Assembly: GCF_009914755.1 (NCBI RefSeq) | Contig: NC_060933.1 | Length of the DNA stretch: 64,000 bases | From: the human T2T-CHM13v2.0 reference genome, Homo sapiens | Reading direction: 5' to 3' (one strand) | Part shown: piece by piece, positions 16,364 to 30,600 of the stretch | Layout of the letters: each line of letters begins with the position of its first letter | Position numbering within the stretch: the first letter of the stretch is position 1 | The notes under the pieces: generated by a model | What the model was told of the DNA's origin: nothing | The model's database searches: none | What the model saw: the letters and a program-made list of their open reading frames with translations, nothing else | Program-made: the position numbers and the translations under genes

Positions 16364-17089
16364 ACAATATTTGGTTTTCTGTCAAATATTTTCAGTTTAG
16401 GTTAGTTATCCTATTTTATGCAGGTTAATTTTAAGTCTAACTAGTTTCGTGATGGTTATGCAAAGAAAATATAACACCATCATAATCACCGCATTTTGCT
16501 TACAGGTTAAACAACATGTCTAGAATCTTCTAAACATCTAAAAGCCTGGATTATGCCTGTAAACTGTAGTTTTATTTACTATTCTCAAGAGACTGTATAG
16601 TAAGTATTAAGAATGTTTGGGTGGAAGCAACTCAATTAATCATTTAGGACCATGTCTGGCCCTAGGATAGAGTGAAGTTATTTTATAACAGAAACAGAAG
16701 CACAGTCTTGATATAACCTGTTAGGGATTTACTAATATACTCCAGTGTAATTACCATTACCTGTGCTTGTGGTTGCTCTACTGGGATTACTTGGAAGATA
16801 TCATAATCTTGGATGATACTCACTTCTGAAACATTCACTTTGAATTCCTGCTTTAGTACCTCAGTCAAAGAAAGTGTAACAATGTTCTCAGTTATTATCA
16901 ATCCAGGTTAAGAGCAATAATTTTCATGATACTCTCATTTGATAATCTATTAGTGAACAATGTTATGATTTCATCTCTGTTGTTTGTTAATATTATTACC
17001 TTGGTCTGAGTCTCATTTTGGTGAGTCAGAAAATGAAAGTATTGAATTTGATAATGTAGTAAAAATTCTTAGTTCTTACGAATGTTTCT

Positions 17090-17410
17090 GCTTTTGCCCC
17101 ATTCTGCAATGCAGTGATGTCTCCTTTAAGTTAGGAGTGGTACTGATTTATTTGAGTAATGACACAAAAGCTGAATTGATCAGTATTAGCTGCTTTAGCC
17201 CATGGTATTTTCCCCCTCCACAGGGATTGTGGAAGCGCATATTGAGGTAGAGGTGCCATGAAACTGAAGGCATCTGAAATGCTAAATCATCTCATGGAGG
17301 ACAGCTGCCCTGGAGGGTCATCTAGACTTTGCTTGAATGATAAATTTTCACTGTGTTAAGCAATGAAGTGCTTCTGTACTTTGTTGCCACAGCATTACCT
17401 ACACTATTCT
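17090..17410 (+). mobile_element. Old MaLR LTR (MLT1-type) fragment
   Basis: ggacagctgccctggag...actgtgttaagc...ttgttgccacagcattacct. Confidence 0.55.
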
Positions 17411-18381
17411 TATTGATGTAGATGATTCCTAGAGCATCTTTCCCTCCTATGAATTTGTGAACCATGATAAAATATGCTTGTCTGAAACTTCAACAAAATC
17501 AGTAAGGAAGACTATTGACTTAAAACGCTTATACTGTATGTCAAACACATGTTATTAGAGATAGAGTTTGGAATTCTTCAGAAATAGCTCACATATACTA
17601 TAAATTTTCTAATGGTGTGCATATGCAGTATCTTTAAGGTGTACCAGTAGGCTTTATATCTTGAAATTATTTTACAATCTGATGTATATTTTTTTTCTCT
17701 AGCAAATAGTTACTTGACTTAGAACAAACTTAAAATGGGTAAGCAGTGTTCAACAAATTTAGTATGGTCTTTGGGATTAAGTCATGCTTGAATAATTCTT
17801 GACATGTAAATTCATAATGACAGCATTAATTTGCAGCAATGGATTTGGTTTTGGCCTTATGAAAGATGGATATAATATGGAATGGAGACGGTCATTAGCT
17901 CCATGGTGGAAATGAAATGTCAGGTGTCTGCTATATTGCCCATCAATAGTTCAGGGTTGCCAGCTTTTCAGGCCTGGTCATATTTCATTCAAAATAGATT
18001 TGGAAGAATATGATTTAATTCAGGCTGTTATTGTGTTATTAAATTATTCTTGGAGGATATTTGAACACTTATTGAGGTTTTAATCTTATGTTTAAAAGCA
18101 CTACACTTTGATCCATGGATTTTTAAAATATGACATATATTTCATTTTTGCAATAAGGTGTTCATGTTTACAGTTTTTGAGCTGAAATCTTCCTGACAAA
18201 AAGTGGGAAATATCAATGTTTAAGTATATTGATCTATTTCATATTTTTTGCAATATGAAAATTTTTTTTTCTTTTCTTTTTTGAGGTATTTGTGGACTAT
18301 ACATCTCGATGCTTCTCTCCAAAAAATGTAGTCAAATAAATTCAGAATATATATGAAAATTCCAGAAGTACAAATCTTTCA

Positions 18382-18747
<366 letters not shown>

Positions 18748-20658
18748 TCAATGAAAATGAAATTAATTATGCCAAAGTTAGTAAGAAGAAATATAAAGAA
18801 ATATAAGTAATCTTAATTCTATCCCACTCTCTGCTGTCTTCGTTTTCCTTCATAATCATTCTTTGGATAATTGTTAATGCCAAGTTACTATTAATTTTAT
18901 ATATGTGGAAATCATAACACTAAGCTTCAAATGTTTATTGAATGCTTATTCAGCTCTAAAAGTATCTGCCTGATTTTTATTATCCTAATTATTACTGTTG
19001 TATGGCATTTTTTTCTTATCAAATGCCAATTGTGTCATTCTTATTTGCTTAATAATTCTTTTTTTCCCCACTGTTTTCCAATGTTCCCTCTATTGTTCTT
19101 AAAGTTCTCATTTATGCTTACATTTAAAGCTGAGTAACTTTTTAATCACTTTCCAGTTTATCAGTTCATTGATTAAGAAATTGAGAGTTAGAAATGATTG
19201 AATACTTTTTCCAAGCTCGTAGTTTCAAGTAAATTAAGAAGTACTAACAAATAGAGTCAGAAATTAAATGATCCTTAAGTGTCTTCTTACAAACATCCAT
19301 GCAAAAAGAAAAAAATAAATACAAGGTCGTAAGGTAGTTGCTACTCGCTTGTTGGACATAAGTGGAAAGGTCAGAGAACCATGGAGAGAGCAATTAGAAG
19401 TTGAATTGTTGTGAAGCAAATTCCTGAAGGAAAAACACCTTCATTCCTTTCAAGTAAAGCAGGTAGTTGCAACTCTTCCACCAGCAAAGACTAGGGTTGG
19501 AGAGGGAGATAAACTCACACTGGTTGTCTCTATTTTGTTCATCACAGTGAACAGAATAATGAGAGTAGGATAGCTTTGGCTTTAGCCAAGAATGCAGGCT
19601 GGGAATTTCTTGTAAAAAAGTTAAATATTTAATGAAAAAGGAATTGAGAATTGAGTACAAGCCGTGGGTTAAAGGTTGATAAAGTCTCAAATCAACTTTA
19701 TTTGCTTGGCCTGTTTCACAGTCCCCTTGTGCTCAGAAGGGGACCATCTAGAGCCAATTGTCAATGTACAATGTGTGCAGTGTGTCACACACTGAGCTAA
19801 TGGTACTGGTTGGGCTAGAAGTAATTGGCCTGTTATAAATTACAGGACAAGCTTATGATTTGTCATTCTAGAAGGAGAAGCCTGTAAGAATCGTGCCAGG
19901 TGCACACCATAGATCAGTGTCAATATTCATGATTACACCTGTGAGTAAACCTATTTCATTTTTCTGTACATCCAATAAATTGTATATCTAGACAGAAGAT
20001 GTATCCACTATTAGGTAGTGATAGCTGGTACAGAAGTAATTTTTCTCTATATTTTTTTCCAGTGATGCTTGCTACCTTTCCAGTAATGCAAATTGAAAAA
20101 ATGTTGGAAGAATACATTTAATATACTGTATGTTGCTTTATTCAAATATCATCATATTTTAGATTAGTAGAGAAAATGAACAGAATAATATTATGAGATG
20201 AAAAAGCAAATGAGACTTATTCCTGTCCTTTTCTTTGTCATCTTTAAGAGATTTATTTCCCAGTAGTTTGAGATTTTTTTTTTTCTGTATCGGAAACCAT
20301 CTGCTGCCACTTTTTCATTTCAGGTTGCTGCTTCATTTTATATTTTGAGAGGCAATAAACTCAGTCATCTACTCCTATGAGCCTTATTTCACTATCTATA
20401 CTGTAGAAGAGCTATCTTTTAGATGGGTTCAAGCAATTTGGGGCCCAGAAAATATTTTCTATCTTTTTATGCGTTCCATTTTATAGTCCATACTTATTGT
20501 CCAGTGCATTTATCTCCTTCAACTAATTATTGTATCTGGAAACAAGTAAGATATCTATTTTACTATTGCATATAGCTCAAGGGACCTACATAAAGTAATT
20601 TAGTAGATTACATTGTTGTCATCATTCACTAGTTCTTCAATTTAAAATGACCTGAATA

Positions 20659-21019
20659 CTATATTCCCCCCTTATCTGCGGGGAAATGTTCCAAGACCAT
20701 TAGTAGATGCCTGAAACCATGTATAATACTAAACCATGTATACACGCACACACACACACACACATACAGACATTATGCTTTTTCCTATACAAACATACCT
20801 ATGATTAAGGTCTAATTTAGAAATTTGACACAGTTAAAGATGAACAATAATAATGAATAAAATAGGACAGTTGTAATATACTGTAATAAAAGTTATGTGA
20901 ATGTAATCTCTTTCAAAATATCTTCTTGTACTGTATTGACCTACGGGCATTTTCAGACCTATTTACCGCAAGTAACTGAAACTACAGAAAGAAAAACTGT
21001 GGATGAGGAGTGGCTACTG
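20659..21019 (-). mobile_element. MER44 (Tigger7-derived) element with internal (CA)n
   Basis: TIR-like ends c...ccccccttatctgcgg / gtggatgaggagtggctactg, with TA flanks. Confidence 0.75.
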
Positions 21020-21038
21020 TAATTTGAGATAAGGTATG

Positions 21039-21390
21039 TGATATGGTTTGGCTGTGTCCCCACCCAAATCTCATCTTGAATTGTACTCCCATAATTCCCA
21101 TGTGTTGTGGGAGGGACCCAGTGGAGATAATTGAATCATGGGGGAGGTTCCCCCATACTGTTCTCATGGTAGTGAATAAGTGTCATGAGATCTGATAGTT
21201 TTTATAAGGGGCTTCCCCTTTTGCTCTCATTCTCTCTGGCCTGCTGCCATGTAAGATGTACCTTTCACCTTCCGCCATGATTGTGAGGCCTCCCCAGCCA
21301 CGTGGAACTTTGAGTCCAGTAAACCTCTCTTTCTTTATAAATTACCCAGTCTTGGATTTATCTTTATCAGCAGCATAACAGACTAATATA
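21039..21390 (+). mobile_element. Solo THE1 LTR
   Basis: tgatatggtttggctgtgtcccc...gactaatata; 5-bp TSD gtatg at 21034-38 and 21391-95. Confidence 0.95.
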
Positions 21391-21857
21391 GTATGCATTT
21401 TCTAAATACTACCCAAGGGGGATTCATTATTGCATGTGTCCCATTATACATGGGGGCATTTATAATATGGGTACATAGTATGAAGTTTGATCATGTATTT
21501 AATTATTTAAATTAGATTATTAGAAATTTTTTTAATCCATCAGGTGACTTAAAAAAACTGTGAACACTGTCTTTGGAGTTTATCCCCACAAGATAAATTT
21601 CTATGGCAACCTATTCAAAAATAATAGAAAAGGAAAATATTATATTCCTTTGGGATATACTGATATTTTTCTTCAGGTCTCAAACATGGATTCATGTATG
21701 TAAAAATAGTCATTGTTAATGACTACTGGTATGATTTGTAGAGTTTGTCCAGCCTGAGCTAGCAAAGAAAGATTCTTTTTTCTCATCTTGTAAATGAAGC
21801 TGGTTGTTAGGGACAAGGATACAATGAGAAACCATGGCGAATCATAAAGGAAATGAT

Positions 21858-21937
21858 ATAGGTTGGTGCAAACGTAATTGTAATGTTTACAATTACTTTT
21901 AATTGAGAAAACTGCAATTACATTTGCACCAACCTTT
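21858..21937. mobile_element. MADE1 MITE
   Basis: taggttggtgcaaacgtaattg...caattacatttgcaccaacct; ~80-bp palindrome. Confidence 0.88.
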
Positions 21938-24900
21938 ATATTATCTCAGTTATGCAGAGTTGAGGCCTTAAGGTTTGTTCACTTCTACCATTCACTGTCC
22001 TTCTCCTCATCCCTACATCTAATAGGATACTAAGGTCTCTGGAATCTTCAGCATTTCCATTGCTATCATCTTTGGGCCCAAGTTTTTGTTTCATTCTTAC
22101 ATAGTCATGGTAGGAGTACCCTCTTAATGGCCTGCCAGCTCCAGGCGTGTTCTTTTCAAGCTCATCCTGGTTTCCCATTCTCTATCATATAAAATCCCAG
22201 CTCTCTAATTTGGCCTTATTCTAGATCATTCCCAGTAATCTTGCACTATTATTTTTCCTCATTGTTCCCATGTTTAGGCCTATGCTCTGAAATGTTCCAG
22301 CCCTATATCTCACCATTTAAGGTATACTTTTTCAAAAGTCCTCCTCTTTTGAAACACCTCTTTTGAAACACCTCCTCTGAAAGCTTTCTGATCACTCTAG
22401 CAAGAAAATAACTTCTTTCTCTGAACTCCTGAACCTTTGTACTATTTGATGCTATTAACATTTAGTGATGAATTTTGAGTGTCTTGAGTTCATGGACTAT
22501 GCTACATATCTTTTTATTCCTTACAATGTCTAATACATTGTTCTAAACATAGTATGCATTTAGTAGATAAGGTTAAAAGTATGAATTAACATTCATCTGA
22601 TTTAAGATCAGTTTTGTGTTTCTACGAATGCAACTTTAATTGTTTATTTAATCCAGTGCTTTTATCCTTTTCTCCTTGGTCACTTTTCTAAGGAATCTTT
22701 TTGGATTTTTTTTCCTAGTTGTCAATTAATGAAATAATATCACACAAATATTGTATTTATGTTTATGTATACCTGTGTTTTAGGCATAAAAAGCAGCATT
22801 GTTTTCATCTATCAATAACCAACATTTGACCTTTTAGAAGCAATACTGCTTTCTTTGAGAATGTAAGGTTTAGTTTTTTCACTGAAAGCAGTTAGCATTT
22901 GCAAGCAGAAAATCTTGCTTAAGTTACAATGCTACAGAAGAATGATGGAATTTAAACATGTGGAAGAAGGGAGAGAAGGAGCAATTGTTTATTCACCATC
23001 CACAAGTTTGCTGAACTTCATGCCATGTGTTTTGCATACATTATTTTATTGACTCTCCTAAAAATCCTACAAAGCAAATAACACTATTCTGCTCAGCTTG
23101 CCACAAATTATCCATTTTCTCTTAAAATTCCTGTCTCTGTTAATATTCGCTAAATACTATTTTTTCTTTTTGAAATTTCTTTGCATCATCAATAGTAGTG
23201 ATTTTATCTGCTAGTGTACCTTAGTTAGTACAGCATCAGCAAGGATTCTTCCTCCTTTAAACTACAGACACTACTTGTTTATCTGAATTATATTTATGGG
23301 ATTCAAGTAAGAATTTTTGTGAGAAAAAGTGAGTTCTACTTTTTAAACAAATTCTGAAAACTGCTCTTCTGTTATAATTCTCTTCCATTCAATTTTATAG
23401 ATGACAACCTGTCTCTGAGAAGTTAGCTCTCTTACTCTGGTTACATATTAATTTCGTTGTACAAATGGAAGTAGATTTCAACTTTTTCTTATCCAGTGGA
23501 CAAATTAATTCCCTAATAAAGAAAGTTCAGATTTGCTCTAAGGTATGTTGCTAGCTCTATTTAGGTCTTATATTAATTCTTCATTAACTGTATTATGTCT
23601 ATACATTTTGACTATAAAAAACTATTCACCTTATAGTATATAGTCTTTTGATTACTAAGATTCAGTACTTATTCTAAACTGAAATATATTTTATGATTCA
23701 CTATGGTGCAAAATTGGTTTTACTTATCAAAAGAAAGTCACCCAGTTAATGAAAATGTTTTGAACAGTACATTAAGTAAATGAACAATCATTTGGATATT
23801 TTTACTACACACTAGTATTTATAAAAATTCCATTGATAAAATTAAGTGGTGCTGAATGAAAATAATTTTTAGTTATATTTTTTAGAATTGTGTGTATTTT
23901 GGTGAACGTGTGTTTTAGGCATAGTGTCTTAAAAGATTATTATTTTATATTTGCTAGGATCTGGCTTTCATCTGAACTGGTTTCTTTCTGTTTTCAAAGG
24001 CCACGTAGAATGAAAGTGTGACTCAGTAATATTTAAACTTTTATTGTTATGAAATCTATAATTAATATGAGGTGTACATTCAAAATAGTATGTCAGATTC
24101 ATTTTTGATGACAAATTTAACAATCCGAAGAATAAGATTAATGAGTTGAATAAATTGATGGCTTAGTAGAAGACTGAATAAAAATGGATTTTCTTGGTTC
24201 ATTTTTGTGTTGCCTCTTTACTTCTCCATCTACCCAGATCCCCGCCATGTCACATCTCTGAGTGCTGGGAAGAGGAAATTATTTATTCTCTCCAAAGGCA
24301 CGTATATCTTTCTTCCTTATTCTATAGTTGTCTGTGTGCTTGTTTTATCTCCCCTACAAAAATATAAGCCATCAACAAACGGAGCCTGCAACTTTTCTAA
24401 AATGAACAGAGCTTCATGTTTCTATTACTTATTTTTCTCATAGCTATGGCATTTGGCCCAAGATTTGATGAATTAATGGAGATGGTTTCCTTCAGTTTTA
24501 GGCTTTCTATTGCTTGAAGAATAGAAAATGGCACTTGCCACCTTCCCCATTTTTCTCTAACTAGTTAGTTTGAGAGACTGAAAGGTTGCCATTTTAGCAT
24601 AATAGCTGCCAGTGCTGCTAAGAAGGGTACCAATTAATTCTTATTGCAGTGGCAACTTTTAGGATGTTGACTCTTCTTTATTAGGATTATAACCAGCAAT
24701 TTAATTTACATAGATCACTATATACATGTCAAATAACAGCAACTTCCAATCAATTTCTACCTCTATTGGATTCAACCTGAGACCTAGAGTTGAGTATCAG
24801 TCCCTTGAGTCATCACTTCCTCAAGAAAATAATGTTTATTTCCTTTCTAAATCAGGCATTTATGATTGCTTTTAATACCACCTCAGTGTCACCAGGTTTG

Positions 24901-25808
24901 GGAAGTGAACTTTCATGTACAAATGTTCATTTTAATCTTATAAAGTTATAGTGATGTGTTTAAGGCATATAATGTATATTTTCTTTCACAGAACATATCT
25001 TGATAGATATAAAGGGACATTCTTTATAGTATAATGTGCAATGAAAATATTTCATGGTCAAGTAAAACTATGAGTCAGTGTCAAACTGAATATTTTAAAG
25101 TGCTAAAAATAGAATCAAACTTTTTCACAATGAGACACATCTCTTTAGGAGATCTCTTTCAGTAATTATTTTAAATCAGGAAATTTGACTAGAATACATA
25201 GAGTGATATTGAGCAAAAATGAATAATCATAGTAGCAATTAAATATTTGACTCTATATTGAAAATAGGATGGAACATAAAGTTATAGTTTTGCTAATGAG
25301 ATTACATTTTATAACAAAAAAGCTGCTATTTTTCTAACTTTATACAATATATCATAATAAAAATTTCTAATATTTGTTATATATCTGTAAGTGTCTTTAC
25401 GGGGTTTTTTTAAAGCATTGTTTTAAGAAGAAGGTACCATGTATGTCTAGTTATAGGACATTTATTCAAAACATGGATAATTCCTACATGACTTTTTCAC
25501 TGGAATGACATGTGATTCCAGTGTTCATCTGCCTCTACTAGGAGTCAAAACTATCATCACTCAAACCAGAATCTACAGTCCATCCCAAAAGAGAGTAGGA
25601 GGATTACAGAGAAAGAAAACCAAGCAATAGGATGTCTGAAAAGGCAGCCCTTGCTAAATTCTGAGACAGAGGTACTCTCTGAAGGGAACCACAACTTTAG
25701 GGTAAATTTACTGGACTCACAGATATAAACTCAGTTGATCCTATTGAAAAAAGATAAAGTCTTTCATATTGAAAAATGATAAATTTTATAAGCAAACATA
25801 CTATTAAC

Positions 25809-27528
25809 AAAGACCAAACCTACATTTGATTGCTGTACCTGAAAGTGATAGGGAGAATGGAACCAAGTTGGAAAACACTCTTTAGGATATCATCCAGGAG
25901 AACTTCCCCAACCTAGCAAGGCAGGCCAACATTCAAATTCAGGAAATACAGAGAACACCACAAAGACACTTCTCGAGAAGAGCAATCCCAAGACACATAA
26001 TCATCATATTCATCAATGTTGAAATGAAGGAAAAAATGTTAAGGGCAGCCAGAGAGAAAGGTCAGGTTATCCACAAAGGGAAGCCCATCAGACTAACAGC
26101 AGATATCTCAGCAGAAACCCTATAAGCAAGAAGAGAATGAGGGCCAATACTCGACATTCTTAAAGAAAAGAATTTTCAACCCAGAATTTCATATCCAGCC
26201 AAACTAAGTTTCATAAGCGAAGGAGAAATAAAATCCTTTACAGACAAGCAAATGCTGGGAGATTTTGTCACCACCAGGCCTAACTTATAAGAGCTCCTGA
26301 AGGAAGCACTAAATATGGAAAGGAAAAAATGGTACCAGCCACTGCAAAAACAAACCAAATTGTAAAGACCATTGACACTATGAAGAAACTGCATCAACTA
26401 ACAAGCAAAATTATCAGCTAGTATCGTAATGACAGGATCAAATCCACACATAGCAATATTAACCTTAAATGTAAATGGGCTAAATGCCCCGATTAAAAGA
26501 CACAGACTTGTAAATTGGATAGAGTCAACACCCATCAGTGTACTGTATTCAGGAGGAATGGATAAATTCCTGGACACATACACCCTCCCAAGACTAAACC
26601 AGGAAGAAGTCGAATCCCTGAGCAGACCAATAACAACTTCTGAGATTGAGTCAGTAATTAATAGCCTACCAACCAAAAAAAGTCCAGGACAAGATGGATT
26701 CATAGCCAAATTCTACCAGAGGTACAAAGAGGAGCTGATACCATTCCTTCTGAAACTATTCCAAACAATAGAAAAAGAGGGAATCCTCCCTAACTCATTT
26801 TATGAGGCCAGCATCTTCCTGATACCAAAACCTGGCAGAGAAACAACAAAAAAAGAAAATTTCAGGCCAATATCCCGGATGAACATTGATGCGAAAATCC
26901 TCAGTAAAATAATGGCAAACTGAATCCAACAGCACATCAAAAAGCTCATCCACCACAATCAAGTCAGCTTCATCCCTGGGATGCAAGTCTGGTTCAATAT
27001 ATGCAAATCAAAGGATTATAAATCATTCTACTATAAAGACACATTCACACGTATGTTTATTGCAGCACTATTCACAATAGCAAAGACTTGGAACCAATCC
27101 AAATGCCCATCAATGATAGACTGGATAAAAAAAAAGTGGCACATATACACCATGGAATACTATGCAGCCATAAAAAAGGATGAGTTCATGTCCTTTTTAG
27201 GGACATGGATGAAGCTGGAAACCATCATTCTCAGCACACTAACACAGGAACAGAAAACCAAACACTACATGTTCTCACTCGTAAGTGGGAGTTGAACAAT
27301 TAGAACACATGGACACAGGGAGGGGAACGTCACACAGCGGGGCCTGTAGGAAGGTAGGGGGCTAGGGGAGGGATAGCATTAGGAGAAATACCTAATGTAG
27401 ATGACAAGTTGATGGGTGCAGCAAACTACCATGGCATGTGTATGCCTTTGTAACAACCCTGCACGTTCTGCACCTGTATCCCAGAACTTTAAGTATAATA
27501 ATAATAATAATAACAATAATAATAAAAA
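25809..27528 (+). mobile_element. L1PA (PA7/8-like): 3' ORF1, ORF2 with two large internal deletions, 3'UTR, (AAT)n tail
   Basis: ORF2 start [19 protein letters not shown], then [13 protein letters not shown] and [10 protein letters not shown]...MFSLVSGS; junctions at ~26553 and ~27010. Confidence 0.95.
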
Positions 27529-28288
27529 GGACCTAGAACTATATTTGTGGTAGACCTTAGTTGTCTTCTAATAACAAGGCCTGATTTAAGCTGCAGTCTT
27601 CTCAAAACACTAGATTCCCTTAGAAATAAGATGCTTTAAGTATCAATAGGATTGCAGAGGTTAAATATATTAACATGTCCTAATCTGTTTGATGCATTTA
27701 CTGTGATCCCAATTAAGATACAACTAGTTTTATTGCTGTTGTTATTGTTGTTTGTTTGTTTTTACTGGGACACTTGAAAAAAATGACACAATATTTACAG
27801 TAAAAGAACACACGGAAAATCTTGAGACAGAATCATGTATTTCCCCTACTAGATATTTAACATAATTTAAAGATATAAGAATTAAAATAATATGGTACTA
27901 TTATATAGTCAGTAGATGATAGTAAGAAGAGAGTAAATAAAACCAAGCATATTTGTGAATTTATTATATAATAGAGGTGATAATTCAAATCAAGGGGAAA
28001 ATGAATTATTCAATAAATATTATTGAGACAAATGGCCCCATAACCACTAGAGGGAAAAGAAAAGAGAAAACCAAAACTGACTAATAGGGGGCTGGGGGAA
28101 ATTCAGCTCTTTACCTTCTTCTTTACCTCCAAAATTTCAATATTAAATGAAGGTTAACTCCAAAAATAAAATCAGAAAAACACAAGAAGAGAGCGTAAAT
28201 GGCTGTGTTTAGTCCTGAGTCCAGGATGAGACAACAATGGTATATAATTCACAGTCTAAACTTTAAAAGTATTTGATAACATATAAAT

Positions 28289-30600
28289 TATATCAGTTCG
28301 TTTTAACACTGCTGATAAAGACATACCTGAAACCAGAAGGAAAAAGAGGCTTAATGGACTTAACAGTTCCACATGGCTGGGGAGACCTCACATTCACGGT
28401 GGAAGGCAAGGAGGAGCAAGTCATGTCTTATATGGATGGCAGCAGGCAAAGAGAGAGCTTGGGCAGGAAAACTCCTTCTTATAAACCATCAGGTCTTGTG
28501 AGACATACTCACTATCATGAGAACAGCACAGGAAAGACCTGCCCCCATGATTCAGTTATCTTCCACTGGGTACCTCCCATAACATGGTGGAATTATGGGA
28601 GCTACAAGATGAGATTTGGGTGGGGACACAGAGCCAAACCATATCATTCTGCCCCAGGCCCCTCCAAAATCTCATGTCCTCACGTTTCAAAACCAATCAT
28701 GCCTTCCCAACAATCCTCCAAAGTGTGACATTCAACACTAACTCAACACTAATTTCAACATTAACTCAAAAGTCCACAGTCCAACATCTCATCTGAGACA
28801 AGGCAAGTCCCTTCTGCCTGTGAGCCTGTAAAATCAAAAGCAAGTTAGTTGCTTCCTAGATACAATGAGGGCACAGGCAATGGGTAAGTACAGCTGTTCC
28901 AAATGGGAGACATTGGCCAAAACAAAGGAACTCCAGGCCCCATGCAAGTCCTATATCCAGCAGGGCAGTCAAATTTTAAAGCTCCAAAATGATCTCCTTT
29001 GACTTCATGTCTCACATCCAGGTCATGCTGATGCAGGAGGTGGGTTCCCATGGTCTTGGGCAGCTCTGCTCCTGTGGCTTTGGAGGGTACAGCCTCCCTC
29101 TCAGCTGCCTGCATGAGCTGGTATTGAGCGTCTGTGGCTTTTCCAGGTGTACAGTGTAAGCTGTTAGTGGATCTACCACTCTGGGGTCTGCAGGACAGTG
29201 GCCCTCTTCTCACAACCCCACTAGGCAGTGTCCCAGTAGGGGCTCTGTGTGGGGGCTCCACCCCACATTTTCCTTCCACATTGCCCTAGCAGAGGTCCTT
29301 CATGAGGGCCCTGCCCCTGCAGCAAACTTTGGCCTGGGCATCTGGGCATTTCATACATCCTCTGAAATCTAGGCAGAGGTTCTCAACCCCCAGTTCTCGA
29401 CTTCTGTGCACTCACAGGCTCAACACTACGTGGAAGCTGCCCAGGCTTGGTGCTTGTACCCTCTAAAGCCATGGCCTGAGCTCTACATTGGCCCCTTTCA
29501 GGCATGGCTGGAGTAGCTGGGATGCAGGGCATCAAGTCCCTAGGCTGCACACAGCATGGGGACCCTGAGCCTGGCCCACAAAGCCACTTTTTTTCTCCTA
29601 GGCCTTTGGGACTGTGATGGGAGGGTCTACTGAGAAGACCACTGACATGCCCTGGAGACATTTTCCTCATTGTCTTGGGGATTAACATTCTGCTCCTTGT
29701 TACTTTGCACATTTGTGCAGCCAGCTTGAATTTCTCCTCAGAGAATGGGATTTTCTTTTCTATTGCATTGTGAGGCTGTAAATTTTCTGAACTTTTGTGC
29801 ACTGCTTCCCTTATAAAACTGAATGCCTTTAACAACACCCAAGTCACCTCTTGAATGCTTTGTTACTTAGAAATTTCTTCTTCCAGTTACACTAAATCAT
29901 CTCTCTCAAGTTCAAAGTTCTACAAATCTCTAGGGCAGGGGGAAAATGCCATCAGTCTCTTTGCTAAAATATAACAAGAGTTACCTTTGCTCCAGTTCCC
30001 AACAAGTTCCTCATTTCCATCTGAGACCACCTCAGCCTGGACTTTATGTCCATATAATTATCAGCATTTTGGGCAAAGCCATTCAACAATTCTCTAGGAA
30101 GTTCCAAACTTTCCCACATTTTCCTATCTTCTTCTGAGCCCTCCAAACTATTCCAGCCTTTCCTGTTACCCAATTCCAAAGTTGCTTCCACATTTTTGGG
30201 TATCTTTTCAGCAGTGTCCCACTCTACTGGTACCAATTTACTGCATTAGTCTGTTTTCACACTGCTGGTAAAGACATACCCAAGACCGGGAAGAAAAAGA
30301 AGTTTAATGGACTTAAAGTTCCACGTGGCTGGGGGAGGTTTCACAATCCTGGTAGAAGGCAAGGAGGAGCAAGTCACATCTTACATGGATGGCGGCAGGC
30401 AAAGAGAGAGCTTGTGCATGAAAACTCCTTCTCATAAAATTACCAGTTCTCTTGAGACTTATTCACTATCACAAGAACAGCACAGGAAAGACCTGCTCCC
30501 ATGATTCAATTATCTCCCACCAATTCTCTCCCAGAACAGGTGGGAATTATGGAAGCTACAAGATAAGATTTGTATGGGGACACAGAGCCAAACCATATAA
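28289..30600 (-). mobile_element. Full-length THE1 (THE1A/B-like) provirus: LTRs 28289-28646 and 30242-30600
   Basis: Concordant LTRs, THE1-int body, 5-bp TSD taaat at 28284-88 and 30601-05. Confidence 0.95.

Noticed and set aside
15752-16405. 217-aa ORF, the longest in the track
   Set aside because: It spans the THE1-int/LTR boundary, antisense to the element, and starts at TTG; a chance open frame.
16683-16901. Minus-strand 72-aa ORF with a CAG|GTAATG donor-like site
   Set aside because: No convincing acceptor, no recognisable protein and no partner exons.
26429-26923. 164-aa L1 ORF2-like ORF
   Set aside because: An accidental fusion: a 2-nt frameshift is compensated by the deletion junction. 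It has no intact EN or RT domain and ends in a premature stop.
26540-27020. L1 internal deletions interpreted as spliced L1 RNA
   Set aside because: The junctions show microhomology and, by recalled consensus, lack GT-AG boundaries.
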